Assembly: GCA_963663405.2 (NCBI GenBank)
Contig: CAXXSM010000099.1
Location: 1-62,633, forward strand
Direction of reading: 5' to 3'
From: a bacterium
Lineage (GTDB): Bacteria; Hinthialibacterota; Hinthialibacteria; Hinthialibacterales; Hinthialibacteraceae
Length of the DNA stretch: 62,633 bases
Part shown: positions 19,272 through 32,200 of the stretch, piece after piece
Position numbering within the stretch: position 1 is the first letter of the stretch
Layout: the number at the start of each line of letters is the position of its first letter
Position numbers and translations under genes: made by a program
Notes under the pieces: model-generated
Databases searched by the model: none
What the model saw: the letters and a program-made list of their open reading frames with translations, nothing else
Told to the model about the DNA's origin: nothing

Positions 19272-22200
19272 AAATAATTCCATATCGGTTTCTGTTCTCA
19301 GGTTTCCATCAATATCAGAGGCATATATGAAAACTGCTTCATTGCCATCATACGCCAACGCACTCGATAAAATCGAGCCAATGGAGTGTGCTACCACGAT
19401 TGGTGAATCCCATGAAGAACCATCCCACCAAGTGGATATAATCTCATTTGGCGATGTGGCGGAACCAATTAAATCATTACCCGGATTTGCAATCCAAGAA
19501 AGTAAAGCAGTTCCATTCTGGGAACCGGAAATTTGGGGTGGTCGGTCAAAGTAATTATTATTGGAAAGACGAGTAGCATTTTCCCACTCATGTGTAAGGG
19601 GATTGTATGCAGACGCATATATCTCTACGGATTCAAGCATTTGGTTAAATTCAGGAGTGCTATCGAATATGGTTCCAAAACGTTGCCATGCGGCGACGAA
19701 ATGTTCACCAACGACTTCTACATCAGGATTGAAATCTGCCGCGCCATTCGAGTCTACTGGCGTGGTCGGAGTCCAATGATCCGATCCAACTGAACGAGAA
19801 AATACAAGTTCAGTCCGATTATATTCATTCCGGTTTACGTTATCACGAATCCATAACAGTAAAGTAGCCATATTTTTAGTGGCCATTGAGGGAGGATTAA
19901 ATCGAAAAATATCTTCATCTTCTAGAACATCTTCATTTCTCAGAATCGAAAAGTAATCCTTTCTTTCTTTCACTAATTTTCTATTTGAATTGTTTTTTTG
20001 TTTTCTCTTTGGTGATTCCCGTGGTAAAAATACCCATTGATTTTTCTCGATATTTCCATATGAAATAGGTATGGATATAAAATCATTTAATCCGTTGCTT
20101 CCTATCTTTTGTTCCAGAAAATCCCATCGAAACAATTCTTTATCAATATTACCCAATAGAGTAACAAGACGTATTCCGAAGTAGATTGCTAATTCATCAT
20201 CTTTTGTATTTAATGTGGGATCAAAGAAAATTGTTGTTTTATACTCTCCTCCTCCGTAGGCTTCCCCTGCAAGAAGTTTAGGATGGAGCAATGCAATTCC
20301 TATAGCGACCTCGACACCAATCTCAAAAGGTATTTCAACACTGTCAGGTATTGGTGGTATCAGTGAATCTAAATAAAACTCAAAGATCAATTTTGTCTTG
20401 AATTTTCCATTCACATAAATTGGCATTAAACCGTATAAATTAAACACAAGTACGTCGGGGGATTTTATTTTAAATTTAACGCCTATCCCTAATTTATTAT
20501 TAGGTTTTTCCCATTGAAGTGTTTTTTTATCGAATTTTGATTCAAGATAGTACCCTAAAACAAAGTCGACATTGGATTTTGATTTCCCGAGACGTTTTTC
20601 TATATCTATGACAGAAAAAGTATTTTTATTTATTTTTTCTAGAAGCGCTGGTATACCAAAGACATTAGGTTCAGGTTCATCTTTGGGCGCATCTTTAGAA
20701 ACCTCTATACCTAGACCACCCGTTGCCTTTCCACTTGATTTGATTACTAATTTTGGATCCCAACCTAAATCTCGAATAAATTTCGTGGATTGTCCTTTCT
20801 TCCAGATATTAATTTTAGATAAAAAGGATAAATCGGCATTTGTTTCAAATGACAGAAAATTAGGACCACCTCTGTATTCAATATCATCATCATTACCCCA
20901 AGCAGTCTGATGGGCAATCCATGAAATTGGAAGATTTTTCAATACACTAGGTGGATCAATAACACGAAATGTGTCTTCCCCATTCCAACGGCCAATGAGA
21001 GTGCCATCTGTTGATCCGTCGTATGCGGTTACAGTTAATGAACCGAGATGTCCAAAGAATTTACTCACATTTATACGTTGTTTAAAATATCCATTTTTAT
21101 CTGTTTCTACATCGTTCATACGAACTAAAAAAGAATTTATCGGCGATCTAAATTCAACAATTCCGTCTTCTATATTTCCCCAGTTTACTTTGACTTCAAA
21201 ATCAACCGGATAGGAAGCGCCAAAAATCAAATCAAGCTGAGAAGATGATGCTTCATTAAGAAAATAAAGCATTTTATCACCAGTTGGAAAATATCGGCAC
21301 TTGACGGAAACATTTCCACTCACGGATAATGAAAAATTCCGAATTATGTTTAAAGAGCGGCGCTGTGTATCGCTGAGGAAACATGATTTAGAATCATATC
21401 CTGCTTTTTCTACAGTCAATGTATCCTGGAAAAAGAATCCACAGTGTTTAAATACGTATTTTCCATTTGAATCGGTCGTTTCTATCCAATCTCCGAGTTG
21501 GACTGTCGCACTTGCTATGGCTGCTTTTGTAACTTTATCAGTTACATATCCCCAGATCATGTTAAAATCCGCAGTGACATAAATTGGCAATGAAGATGTA
21601 TCTTTTTGGCCATTGCTATCCATGACGGTTAATTTGACTTTATAATTTCCGGGTATGCTATATGCATGCGAAACCGTAGTATAACTTGATGTAATACCAT
21701 CTCCAAAATCCCACTCATATTGTACTATTTCCCCTTCTTCAGAATGGGATTTTGAACCATCGAAAGTGATGGGTGTATCAATACATGGCTTGGGGGGTTC
21801 ATATCCGAATATTGCAGTACATGTATTGGTTTTAATCCTTCGATGATACACCTGAGAGATATCCTTGCGTTTTTCCTGCCAGACGCAATCGATATAATTA
21901 TCCTCGAACAGGGAAATATCAAATGACATCGCCGTACCTGTTTGGCAGGTGATCATATCAGCTGTTTCATCACCCAAAAGTGGTTTAATGTATATTTGAC
22001 CTTGGTTATGATCGGTCCAGGCGGCAACAGCGTTTTGAGAATCGGACACAGAAACATTGGGATAACGGGCTGCTGATCCCTTAATAGAAAACATTGGATC
22101 GTATTGCGTTATTAATCCACTGGCATTCATCCTTTTCCAAACCAAGGGTCCATTATCACGAGTCCAGACAATGTCTAATGATCCATCTTCAGAAACGGCA

Positions 22201-23999
22201 ATTTCAGGTCCTCCAAACAAGAAGAGAACATCTCTAGTATCCTCATTGGTTAATTCGTGCCATTTATCTTCACCTTGTTTGGCATACGCTATACCAGGGC
22301 CTGACCAGCCGACTTCTTGATGCATCCATACACAATGCGCCTGTCCGCTCTGATCAAAAATAACCTCAGGATTTTTCAAAAAACCTGTAAAAGGAGTGAG
22401 CGGCTTCTTAACTACGTAAGGGATCCATGACGATCCAGAAATCCACTCCCCAGATTCGTCAAGCGACATGACCCAAATCCCATCCCAGAAAAAAGCCCAA
22501 GGAAGAGGATTCGAAGACCCATAACCAGGGGGTAAGAAGATTTTTATACTATCCCACGGATAACCGATTTCGATTGGACCTGGTGGAATGTAGACATGAT
22601 AATCAAATGCGATAGATGGAAGATTGGTCTTCGGATTTACGCTTATACTTGGCCAGCCGACATTGACATCCCAACCCAGTCCATAGAGAACTGTGATTCC
22701 ATTTGATTCTACCACTTCACCATCTGTAATTTTTTTATACACAAAGGAAGAAAATGGTCCTGTTCCTAATCTTAGGATAATGTGCGCGTTGCCTCGAGTA
22801 TCTATAGCAATGCGTGGGAAACTATAACTCGCCGCTTGATAGATCTCTTTCGCCGGTATGTCGATTGTGTTATCGGGGCCGATCCGCGCATACATTAATT
22901 TCCCATCTTCTTCCTTCCATATAATATGCGCGTTACCAAACGGATCTGTCGCGACCTCTGGAGTCACGCCGATTTTCCCAGGAGAACTTAGAAGAACGCC
23001 ACACGAGGTAGGAGAAGGTGAGATTGTAATTGTTGGAGAGATCGTAGGAGTGACTGTAAAGGTTGGTGTAAGTGTATTTGTTGGCGTATTCGTCGGAGTT
23101 GGTGTCGAAGTCGGTGTTCGGGTAGGCGTCGATCGGACCGTTTCCTGAATATCAGTGACATGTAACGTATAATCGATCCCATTTTCAGATGAATTAGCGA
23201 TCTTGATATAGTATTCTGATTCATTTAATGGAGTCAGGATGGCTGTGACTTCCAATGATCCTTCCCTGCGTATATCAAAATCACTCACGTCAGGTAAGGA
23301 ATCTTTCTTGATGTAAAGAATTGGAAGTTCGTTTTGATTGGTTCCACGTAGGGTAATAAGACATCCATTGGATTTTGGTTTGATCCAAAATAAATGCTCC
23401 GCGCCGACATAGGATAAGTTTTCAGCGACCTGTTGTCCGATCTGCAACGATGGCCAGGTTTTCAGTGTTTGAGCGATGATTTTGTATTCTCCGCCCTGTG
23501 TATCTCCTATCGCTTTCAATCGAACAAAGTAGACACCCATTTGAGTGGATTGAATCTCTACAGACTGATCCGTCAGATCATTTACCCCCCCGTCTGTTTT
23601 GTCGTAATCCGTATCTTTAGGCGGAGAACTATACATAATATCGAGCCGTAAAGCCCATGCATTTGACTTTTCTACAAACACAAACAGGTGTTCCCCCCCG
23701 CCAATCAGAATTCTGTATATTTTCTCCTTATTCAAAGGAGAAATCGTATCCGAGATTGGTGTGTTAAGCGGGAGATCGGTTATACTCTGAGCGTATACGG
23801 ACAAGGCTAGAGTCAAACACCAAAAAACAATTATGCTTTTAATAATATTTCTGAAACAGGAAAATTTGATCCTATTACCTGACTTAATGTTTGACATCGT
23901 TCTCCTCCAGGGTACGACGTACATACGGAATGAATGTTTTGTTTGATCAAATCCGTGAAAAAAACCGCTGAATTGTACGATCAATCACCTTGTGATCTG

Positions 24000-26393
24000 T
24001 TATGGGGATGCAAACAGTAGTTCGTTAGGTATATCTGTTTCTGTATCGATGAAGTGAATTTCGAGTCGGTCAAAATAAACGCGCGCTGGGCCGGTGTCTC
24101 CTGTGGCTGCGATCTGCAGAACGGGTGTGATGGCTTCGCCTGAATCGGGTTCGTACAGTAGAACAAGCGCTCGTTCCTGCTCGATAAAACTGGCAGCAGT
24201 GGCTGGGATATGCGTGGCGATTGAACCGTCCATACTATCTGCTGACAAACGGTCTCCTTTTAATGCTGCTAGTGCAATACTCACATTTGGTTGATCCGCG
24301 CGCGCTACGGCGCGAAGCAGCGCCACTCGACTTCCGATATGAACGGGCAAATCTGTTAAAATCAAAGCGACTTCACCTGGATCGACCTCCATCATCATCC
24401 CTCGCCCGTCACTCGATGAAGGAATCCAATCTGATAATTCAACAAATGTAACTTCGCCGCTGGGAAATTCGCTAAATCCACCCGCTACGTAGATCAATCC
24501 ATTCTCTTCTAGTGTTGGCTGTTCGAATTCGATAACGAATGGACCAGGAGTCGGTGTGGGAGTAGCTGTCGGAGTGGGAAATTCCGTGGGAGTGGAGGCA
24601 AGGATAGCAGTTCCACGTACGGTCTTCGATTCAAAATAATCTTCATGATGAGGCGGTATACCGAGTGGCAGGCGGCCAAAGTTGAAATTGACGATTTCTT
24701 CGTGTGTCCCTTCTACTAGCGGTTCGTATCGCACAATCAGCATCGTGGTACCTCCAGGGGAGATTTCTGAGCTCAGACCACCCACAATACTGAATGGCGT
24801 CAAGGTCCACGGTTCCACGGACCAGCCACCCACTCCTGAATTATCCAATTGAAACACCAGCTCACGAAATTCCCCGATCGTGACCTCGCCAAAGTCTAGT
24901 TCGTCAGGAGAGATCACAATCTCAAATGGGAAAGGTGGTGGTGGTTCAACTGTGGGTGAGGGGGTTGGAGTCGGTATGGATGTGGGAGGAATCGTTGGTG
25001 TGGGCTTTTCACCTTGAAACTCATAGGCGCCAATATCATAGCCGTTTCCTTGGGGACGAATCCTTCCTAGATAATCTGTGACAGGCATCACGGCATTAGT
25101 AACAACACCGGCGCCTGCGTCTATACAAGGGGAATTCGATTGAAGATCGAAATTATCTTTATCCGAATTGATAAAACCAGGATCTTCGCTGATGTTATCC
25201 CATGCTTCTTCCAAGATTAAATTGAGTGTCATAACAAGTGGAATATCATAAAGACCCTCATCCATATAAAATTCCTCCGCATTGCTCCAAAATAGATTGG
25301 AAAATATATGTGGATCACTGGTCTCATTCCGTTCGTAAATTGCATAGCTAGGAGTATCGTCTGATTTTATTGCTCTAGCAAAAATACAATTAGCAATATA
25401 GGCATCGCTATTATTCACAGTAACTGAACCATATGATGAAATATTCTTAAAAAACGTGCAATGTAGAATTGTGGCTTTTCCATCCTTAAGGTATATTCCT
25501 CCTCCGTATCCATCCGTTTCATTATTTTTGATTATGGAATTTATGATATCAACTGTATTACCATGTCCATCTGTCCTTAATCCGCCACCACTATTCCCAG
25601 AATAATTTTCTGAGATAGTACATTGGTTCACAATTAAATCGGAACTAGCGACAAATATACCACCTCCGTTTTCCCGAGCAGTGTTCCCGATGATCACAGT
25701 ATTATACAATGTCATTGATGAACCAGCCGTACAAAAAACACCACCACTACCCCACCCGTGATGAGTGTTGTTCTTGATTACACTATTCGAGATATCTAAG
25801 ATCGATTTAAGGCACTGTATACCTGCACCTTGATTACTATTGTCTTCCCAATTCTCTGATATGATGCAATGATCAATACTCACTTGACTGTTTGTTATAT
25901 GAAGACCGCAGTAATTTTTTGTGATCTCACAATCAATGACATCTATAATCACAGGAGAGCAATCAGTGAGTTTGATTCCAGGACCATTTTGATATGTGTG
26001 ACATATCGTAAGACCACTGATCGTTACCCTTCGCGAGTTATTGGTAAGTTCAATTACGGAATTCGTTGTACGGCTGGCCTGAAGGATGACATCAGCGGCG
26101 CTGGTTCCGTGTAGATTAATCCCTTTCGAAAGATCAATTGGAAAACTTTCACGAAATCCAAATCGATCCGGTTCGTCCGTATATAGTCCGGGAGCGAGAT
26201 GGATCGCGTCTCCGCGCCGTAAATCGCCCTGTTGAATCGCAAGTAAAATATGTTTGTACGGTTTTTCAAAGGAGCCGTCTCCTTCAATATTATCGCCATT
26301 CACAGCATCGACGTAATAGTCTCGCGCTTCAGTCTGCAAAGTACAAAGAAGAGTGAGTACAACAGTAAGGAAATAAAGATAGCGGCAATTCAT
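24000..26393 (-). CDS. Secreted right-handed beta-helix (pectin-lyase-like) protein with PT linkers, Ig-like domain and shared C-terminal domain
   Basis: Signal peptide; YYVDAVNGDN..GDGS..PYKHI N-terminus; N..GGG beta-helix repeats; SPCIDAG..DIGAYE motif; LDFGEV Ig-like domain. Confidence 0.8.
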   Translation of the reverse strand: MNCRYLYFLTVVLTLLCTLQTEARDYYVDAVNGDNIEGDGSFEKPYKHILLAIQQGDLRRGDAIHLAPGLYTDEPDRFGFRESFPIDLSKGINLHGTSAADVILQASRTTNSVIELTNNSRRVTISGLTICHTYQNGPGIKLTDCSPVIIDVIDCEITKNYCGLHITNSQVSIDHCIISENWEDNSNQGAGIQCLKSILDISNSVIKNNTHHGWGSGGVFCTAGSSMTLYNTVIIGNTARENGGGIFVASSDLIVNQCTISENYSGNSGGGLRTDGHGNTVDIINSIIKNNETDGYGGGIYLKDGKATILHCTFFKNISSYGSVTVNNSDAYIANCIFARAIKSDDTPSYAIYERNETSDPHIFSNLFWSNAEEFYMDEGLYDIPLVMTLNLILEEAWDNISEDPGFINSDKDNFDLQSNSPCIDAGAGVVTNAVMPVTDYLGRIRPQGNGYDIGAYEFQGEKPTPTIPPTSIPTPTPSPTVEPPPPFPFEIVISPDELDFGEVTIGEFRELVFQLDNSGVGGWSVEPWTLTPFSIVGGLSSEISPGGTTMLIVRYEPLVEGTHEEIVNFNFGRLPLGIPPHHEDYFESKTVRGTAILASTPTEFPTPTATPTPTPGPFVIEFEQPTLEENGLIYVAGGFSEFPSGEVTFVELSDWIPSSSDGRGMMMEVDPGEVALILTDLPVHIGSRVALLRAVARADQPNVSIALAALKGDRLSADSMDGSIATHIPATAASFIEQERALVLLYEPDSGEAITPVLQIAATGDTGPARVYFDRLEIHFIDTETDIPNELLFASP

Positions 26394-26580
26394 CGTCTTC
26401 CTCCCGAATATTAAGTATACGCCAATTCTGTCGGATCAAGTCAGAACAGATTTGATGGCGTTTAAATCCAACCATATAACGGCAAACGCTTTATCTGAAA
26501 GACAACATGAAAACCATATTCTTTTCACATAACTTAAATCAACAAAGAAGAATATCAAAGCAAATGTGTATCAATGTCTC

Positions 26581-28896
26581 TTATGGAGAAGACAACAGAA
26601 GTTCGCTTGGAATTTCTGTTCCCTCTTCGATAAAGTGAATTTCGAGCCTGTCAAAATAGACGCGCGAGGAACTAGTATCTCCCGTGGCTGCAATCTGCAA
26701 AACGGGTGTTATGGTCTCACCGGAATCCGGTTCGTACAGCAGTACGAGCGTTCGTTCCCGCTCAATAAAACTGGCGGCGGTGGCGGGAATGTGCGTCGCG
26801 ATCGAACTGTCCATGTTTTCTCCCGAAAAATAATCCCCTTTCAACACGGCCAGCGCAACACTGACATCCGGATGGTCCGCGCGCACTACGGCGCGTAAAA
26901 TCGCCGCTCTGCCGCGCATGTGCACCGGAAAAGTTGTCATAACAAATGCGACCTCCCCTGGATCGACGGTCATCATCATACCTCGCCCGTCACTTGATGA
27001 AGGAATCCAATCCGTCAACTCAACGAAAGAGACTTCGCCGCCGGGTTGAGTGCTGAATCCACCGGGAATGAAGAACCACCCGTTATCTTCTAGTGAGGGC
27101 TGGTCGAATTCGAAAACCACGGGTCCTGAGGGGGGAATAGTTGGCGCCGTTGGAGGGGGAATGGTTGGCAGTGAGGTAGGAATGGGGGCAAGGACAGCGG
27201 TTCCACGAACAGTCTTTGATTCAAAATAGTCTCCATGATGAGGCGGTATCCCGAGTGGCAGGCGGCCGAAATTGAAATTGACGATTTCTTCGTCTGTCCC
27301 TGCGACTTGCGGTTCGTACCGCACAATCACCATCACGGAGCCACCGGGTGAGATATCCGCTCCAAGCCCTTCCACAATACTGAATGGCGCTAAGGTCCAC
27401 GGTTCAACCGACCAACCGCCCTCTCCTGGATTTTCCAAAAGAAACACCAGCTCACGGAATTCCCCGATCGTAACCTCGCCAAAGTCGATTTCATCAGGAG
27501 TTATTACGATCTCAAATGGGAACGGTGGTTCAACTGTTGGTGAGGAAATTGGTGTCGGTATGGGTGTGGGAGGAATCGTTGGCGTGGGCTTCTCACCTTG
27601 AAACTCATATGCGCCAATATCATAGCCCTTTCCCTGTGGACGATTTCTTCCCAGAATGTCTGTGATGGGCATGACAATACCAGGCACAACATCGGTTCCA
27701 GCATCGATACAGGCGGAATTCGGCTGAAGATCGTAATTACCTTTATCCGCATTGATAAATTCAGGATCTTCACTAATATTTTCCCATGCTTCTTTCAACA
27801 TGATATTCATCGTCTTTGGATGAGGGATGCCATAGTTCCCTTCATCGATGTAAAATTGCTCCGCGTTATCCCAAAATAGATTGAACATTACATGAGGATC
27901 ACTGTTTTCGTCAATTTCATAAATGGCGCTGCTGCTATTCCCCTCATTATCTACCGCTCCCGCAATTACGCAGTTTGCAATTGTGCAGTTTGGACCTTCC
28001 ACGGCAATTGTTCCTCTTTCCGCTGTGTTTCCAATTAGAGAGCAGCCAATGAGTGTTGAATGTCTATCGGCAAGAAGCCCACCTCCTGCTCTATCAGAGG
28101 TGTTTCCAGCAATTAAATTGTTAATGAGCACATATGTTCCATTGCCATAAATGCCTCCACCATTTCCCTCTGCTGAATTATTGATTATTCTATTTCCTGC
28201 TATCAAGGCATCCGATGCATATAAATAGATCCCTCCACCCCCATATCCGTAACTGCTTTTCTTAGTTCTATTTTCCTCTATTGTGTTTTCTGTAATTGTA
28301 ACCGTAGCAATGTTTGAGCAAATTCCGGCTCCAAAAGTACCTTCACCTTGATTGAAATTCTCTCTGATTGAGTTACGATTGATAATGGCTTTTGCATCGT
28401 CAATGACAATTCCAATCCCATTGTTCACTATTGAACAATATTCGATTGTTATCTCTTTTTGGCTGCTCTTTGCAAGTATCCCATAGCCTTGCTGTGTGAA
28501 ATGTTTGATTGTCAGATTAGATATATTGATGGGATTCGGATTTCCAGTAATATAGATAACAGTGTTCGATGTGTTTTTTGCTTCGATTATGACATCTGTG
28601 GCTTCTGTACCAATCAGGGATATTCCTAATGAAAGGTCTATAGGGAAATCTTCCCGAAAACCAAACTCATCCGGTTCATCAGTGTATGTGCCTGGAGCCA
28701 AATGGATAATATCTCCGGCTTGCATCTCCACCTGCCTTATTGCAACCGTGATATGCCGGTACGGATATCCTTGGCTTCCATCTCCATCAATATTGTCTCC
28801 ATTCACTGCGTCGACGTAATAATCCCTCGCCTCTGCTTGTGATACGCATAGGAGAATCAACACACCAGTAAATAATAAACAATAACGACAGTTCAT
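26581..28896 (-). CDS. Tandem paralog of 24000-26393
   Basis: Same architecture with near-identical segments (ARDYYVDAVNGDNI, FNFGRLPLGIPPHH, SIATHIPATAASFIE). Confidence 0.8.
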   Translation of the reverse strand: MNCRYCLLFTGVLILLCVSQAEARDYYVDAVNGDNIDGDGSQGYPYRHITVAIRQVEMQAGDIIHLAPGTYTDEPDEFGFREDFPIDLSLGISLIGTEATDVIIEAKNTSNTVIYITGNPNPINISNLTIKHFTQQGYGILAKSSQKEITIEYCSIVNNGIGIVIDDAKAIINRNSIRENFNQGEGTFGAGICSNIATVTITENTIEENRTKKSSYGYGGGGIYLYASDALIAGNRIINNSAEGNGGGIYGNGTYVLINNLIAGNTSDRAGGGLLADRHSTLIGCSLIGNTAERGTIAVEGPNCTIANCVIAGAVDNEGNSSSAIYEIDENSDPHVMFNLFWDNAEQFYIDEGNYGIPHPKTMNIMLKEAWENISEDPEFINADKGNYDLQPNSACIDAGTDVVPGIVMPITDILGRNRPQGKGYDIGAYEFQGEKPTPTIPPTPIPTPISSPTVEPPFPFEIVITPDEIDFGEVTIGEFRELVFLLENPGEGGWSVEPWTLAPFSIVEGLGADISPGGSVMVIVRYEPQVAGTDEEIVNFNFGRLPLGIPPHHGDYFESKTVRGTAVLAPIPTSLPTIPPPTAPTIPPSGPVVFEFDQPSLEDNGWFFIPGGFSTQPGGEVSFVELTDWIPSSSDGRGMMMTVDPGEVAFVMTTFPVHMRGRAAILRAVVRADHPDVSVALAVLKGDYFSGENMDSSIATHIPATAASFIERERTLVLLYEPDSGETITPVLQIAATGDTSSSRVYFDRLEIHFIEEGTEIPSELLLSSP

Positions 28897-29024
28897 CTTT
28901 ATCCTCCCGAATTTCTTACGCCAAAGTCGCTAAAATTGTTTTACTGCGACCTATCAGCGTTGAATTTGTAGAATCGATAGCCATTGCGTCTCGATTCGGT
29001 TTATCTAGGATTTCAATTTTTCCC

Positions 29025-29128
29025 AAAATAACATATCCAATAGAGATGTCAACAGTATATTGCTCAAGAATTTCTCATTCCAGATAATGAATTTTTTTCT
29101 TGACAACGGAATTTCTCTAATGAATAAT
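29025..29128. promoter_or_regulatory. Divergent sigma70-like promoters for the two surface-protein clusters
   Basis: + strand TTGACA(29100)-17 bp-AATAAT; - strand TTGACA(29052)-16 bp-TATTTT with extended TG. Confidence 0.45.
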
Positions 29129-29296
29129 TGCTTTAAAATCTGAATTGTATTTATACAAATACTGTGACTTAAGAAAAAATTTCATTATTTTGATGCTGCA
29201 AAATACTATTTTTTGGAGATCGCATTATTTTGATCTGATTGCAAAATTTACCATAATTTTTGCATTTAAAACACATCGGAGATCGAGTAGGTCAAT

Positions 29297-32200
29297 ATGA
29301 GCACAATCATTTCTCTTTCCCAACGATTTTTGTATACGCATATCTTGCTGATCCCTATCGTTTTTATATTGGAAGGAAATGCTCAGTTGTCGGGAAAGCC
29401 CATTGATTTGGACACCGAATCTCTTCCCTACACAGGAGAAATATCGACAGACGGAGAAGAAGACTGGTATACATTTAGAACAACAGCATCGGATAATTAT
29501 TATAGAATTGAGACGGCCGCTGTAGAAAGCGAAAATCAAGCGGATACAGTAATTGAGTTATATCATAGCGACGATCTATTAGATGTGATTGCCTTTAACG
29601 ATAACGCGGAATCAAGTTATTTTTCGCAAATAACCATACAGCTGGAAGCCCTTCAACTCTATTACATAAAAGTAACCAACGCCGAAAACGGGAGTGTAGG
29701 ATACTATACAATAAACGTTGCAAAAACGGATCCACCAACTCCCACACCAACATCGACATTTACGCTCACTCCCACACCGACTCCGACAGATGAACCAATG
29801 GTTACTTTGATTGTTAACGACCCCCCTTACTCCGCTCAAATAAACAGAATCGGAGATGTTGATTGGTATCAATTTTCGACGGAAGACTATGGCGCCTATT
29901 TTATCATGGAAACTCACCCTTCGAGTGATGGAGATATATTGGATACAATGATTTTTCTCTATGGTCCAGATGATCAAACAATTTCTATAGAGAAAAATGA
30001 TGATAAGGGTAAAAATGATTATTATTCACGAATCGAAATCTCACTAAAACCACATAGCGTGTATTATATAAAAGTCATCGAAGAAAATCACGATGACATC
30101 GGAGCATACACAATTGATGTTCGAACAGATATTCCTCCAACTCCAACATCCTCACCAACGTATCCCCCACCTTTACCAACACTCTTTACTCCTACTCCAA
30201 CCTGGAAACCAAGCGCTACCAACCCACCTCCAACGAAAGAGATTGTCACATTAATCGTAAATGATCCACCATACACCGGAGAAATATCGTGGCCGGAAGA
30301 AATCGATTGGTATAAATTTGACACGGATGATTATGGTCACTATTTTGTCATAGAAACTCATCAATCTGCAGAGAAGGATATATTGGACACTTGGATTTAT
30401 CTTTACGGACCAGACGATCAATCTCTATATATTGGCAAAAATGATGATAAGTCAGAAAACGACTATTTTTCAAAAATTGAACTGCATCTTGAATCGTACA
30501 GTACTTACTACATCAGAGTAATTGAAACAGAACAAAATGATATCGGTTATTACGGTATTGATGTACGATCGGTCATTCCACCAACTCCAGAGGTTGATCC
30601 AGGAGTGGATAATGGCAGTGGGGATGGAACGGATAATGGAGGCCACGGTAATAATGGCGCAATCACGAATACACCTACACCAACATCATCCCCAACGCCA
30701 ACACCCATTGTATTGATTGTAAACGATCCTCCCTATGTGGCCCAAATTACTGATATTGGAGAAACCGATTGGTATTTATTCACTACGTTGTCAGAAGATG
30801 GTCTTATTTATAGCATTGAAACGCATCAACTAACGGATGGGATTCCTACAGATACATATATCTACCTATATGGCCCTTATAATCAACAGATGCAAATCGA
30901 TGATGACGATGATAGTGGTGAGGATGAATTTTACTCGAAAATCAATAGGCTGCTTCTCCCTGACAATGTTTATTTCATTAAAGTACATGAAACTGGAAAT
31001 AATAAAACGGGAGATTATTCCATCGATGTGCGCGCGGAAATCCCTCCTACACCTTCGCCAACGCCTTCACCCATAACGCCCACTCCAGAACCGACTCTAG
31101 CACCAACACCTACAGTTTCTCCCACAAGCACTAATTCACCTCTTGTGACGTTAGTTGTCAACGATCCACCGTATCCAGGTGAGATCTCTTGGACGGGAGA
31201 AGAGGATTGGTATCAGTGTTATGCTGCGATACCTGATAGTCTCTACACAATTGAAACCCACTATCGATCAGGTTATCAAATGCTGGATACGAAAATTTAT
31301 CTTTATGGGCCCGACAGTCAAGAATTATTGATCATGGAAAACGATGACCAATCAGATACAAATTATACGGCAATGATCAGCCATGCCCTAATTACGGGCA
31401 GCACATATTTCATCAAGGTCATCGAATCGGGAAATAATGATATAGGAGTGTATACGATTGACGTACGAACTTCCGAGTCTGATGTGACAAGAACGCCCTC
31501 CCCTACTCCCACTCCGACATCAACAATCACTAAATTAATCGTTAATGCGCCTCCGCACGAAGCGCAAATAACAGAAAAAGGTATGGACCATTGGTATCAA
31601 TTCAATACGTATTCGACAGGTACCCATTACACGATAGAAACGCGTCAGTTTCCTGGACATGATGTTCTAGATACAGAGATTCATCTCTATGGCCCGGATA
31701 GTCTAACTCATCTTATTCAAGAACATGATGATATCGACACCTTCAATTATCTATCTAGAATCGAATTGGATTTGGAGACAAATCGCACATACTATATAAA
31801 AGTCAATGAATCTGGAGATAACAACATAGGATATTATACGATCGATGTCCGGACACCAGAAATCATATTATCGAACGAATATCTTATTCTCACAGCGGAA
31901 TCCCAAGGACGATTCCGATTGAAGACAAAGGATGGAAAAAATCTATTATTCCCAGGCGATCCCATTATAAAACCATGGTCGAGCTGGTCGACAGTCAAAA
32001 TTGATGGAATTGGGTATTCGAACTTCAGCAATTCTGTTTTGGGAGAGACTCAGACGCTCATGTCACTCGTCAATAACAGCCAACAGATACGAGGAGCCTG
32101 GCAGATTGGCGATATCGAACTGCAACTGAATCTGCAGTTTACCAAGGGATATACTTCGAAACGAGAAGATAATATTGAGATTCTATGGACCGCGTCAAAT

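Larger units (their letters stand above)
15085..23897 (-). pseudogene. ~2270-aa secreted surface protein (PPC-like, PT linker, propeller-like, PKD, CARDB-like, C-terminal duplicated domain) interrupted by ISL3
   Basis: ATG 23897 with GGAGGAG RBS and signal peptide; PKD motif FDGSKSHSEEGEIVQYEWDFGDG. Removing 17289-19271 plus one target duplication joins ...TDMELF to AIHYRNRIWEESVQLTF in frame with ORF 15085-17244. Confidence 0.85.
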
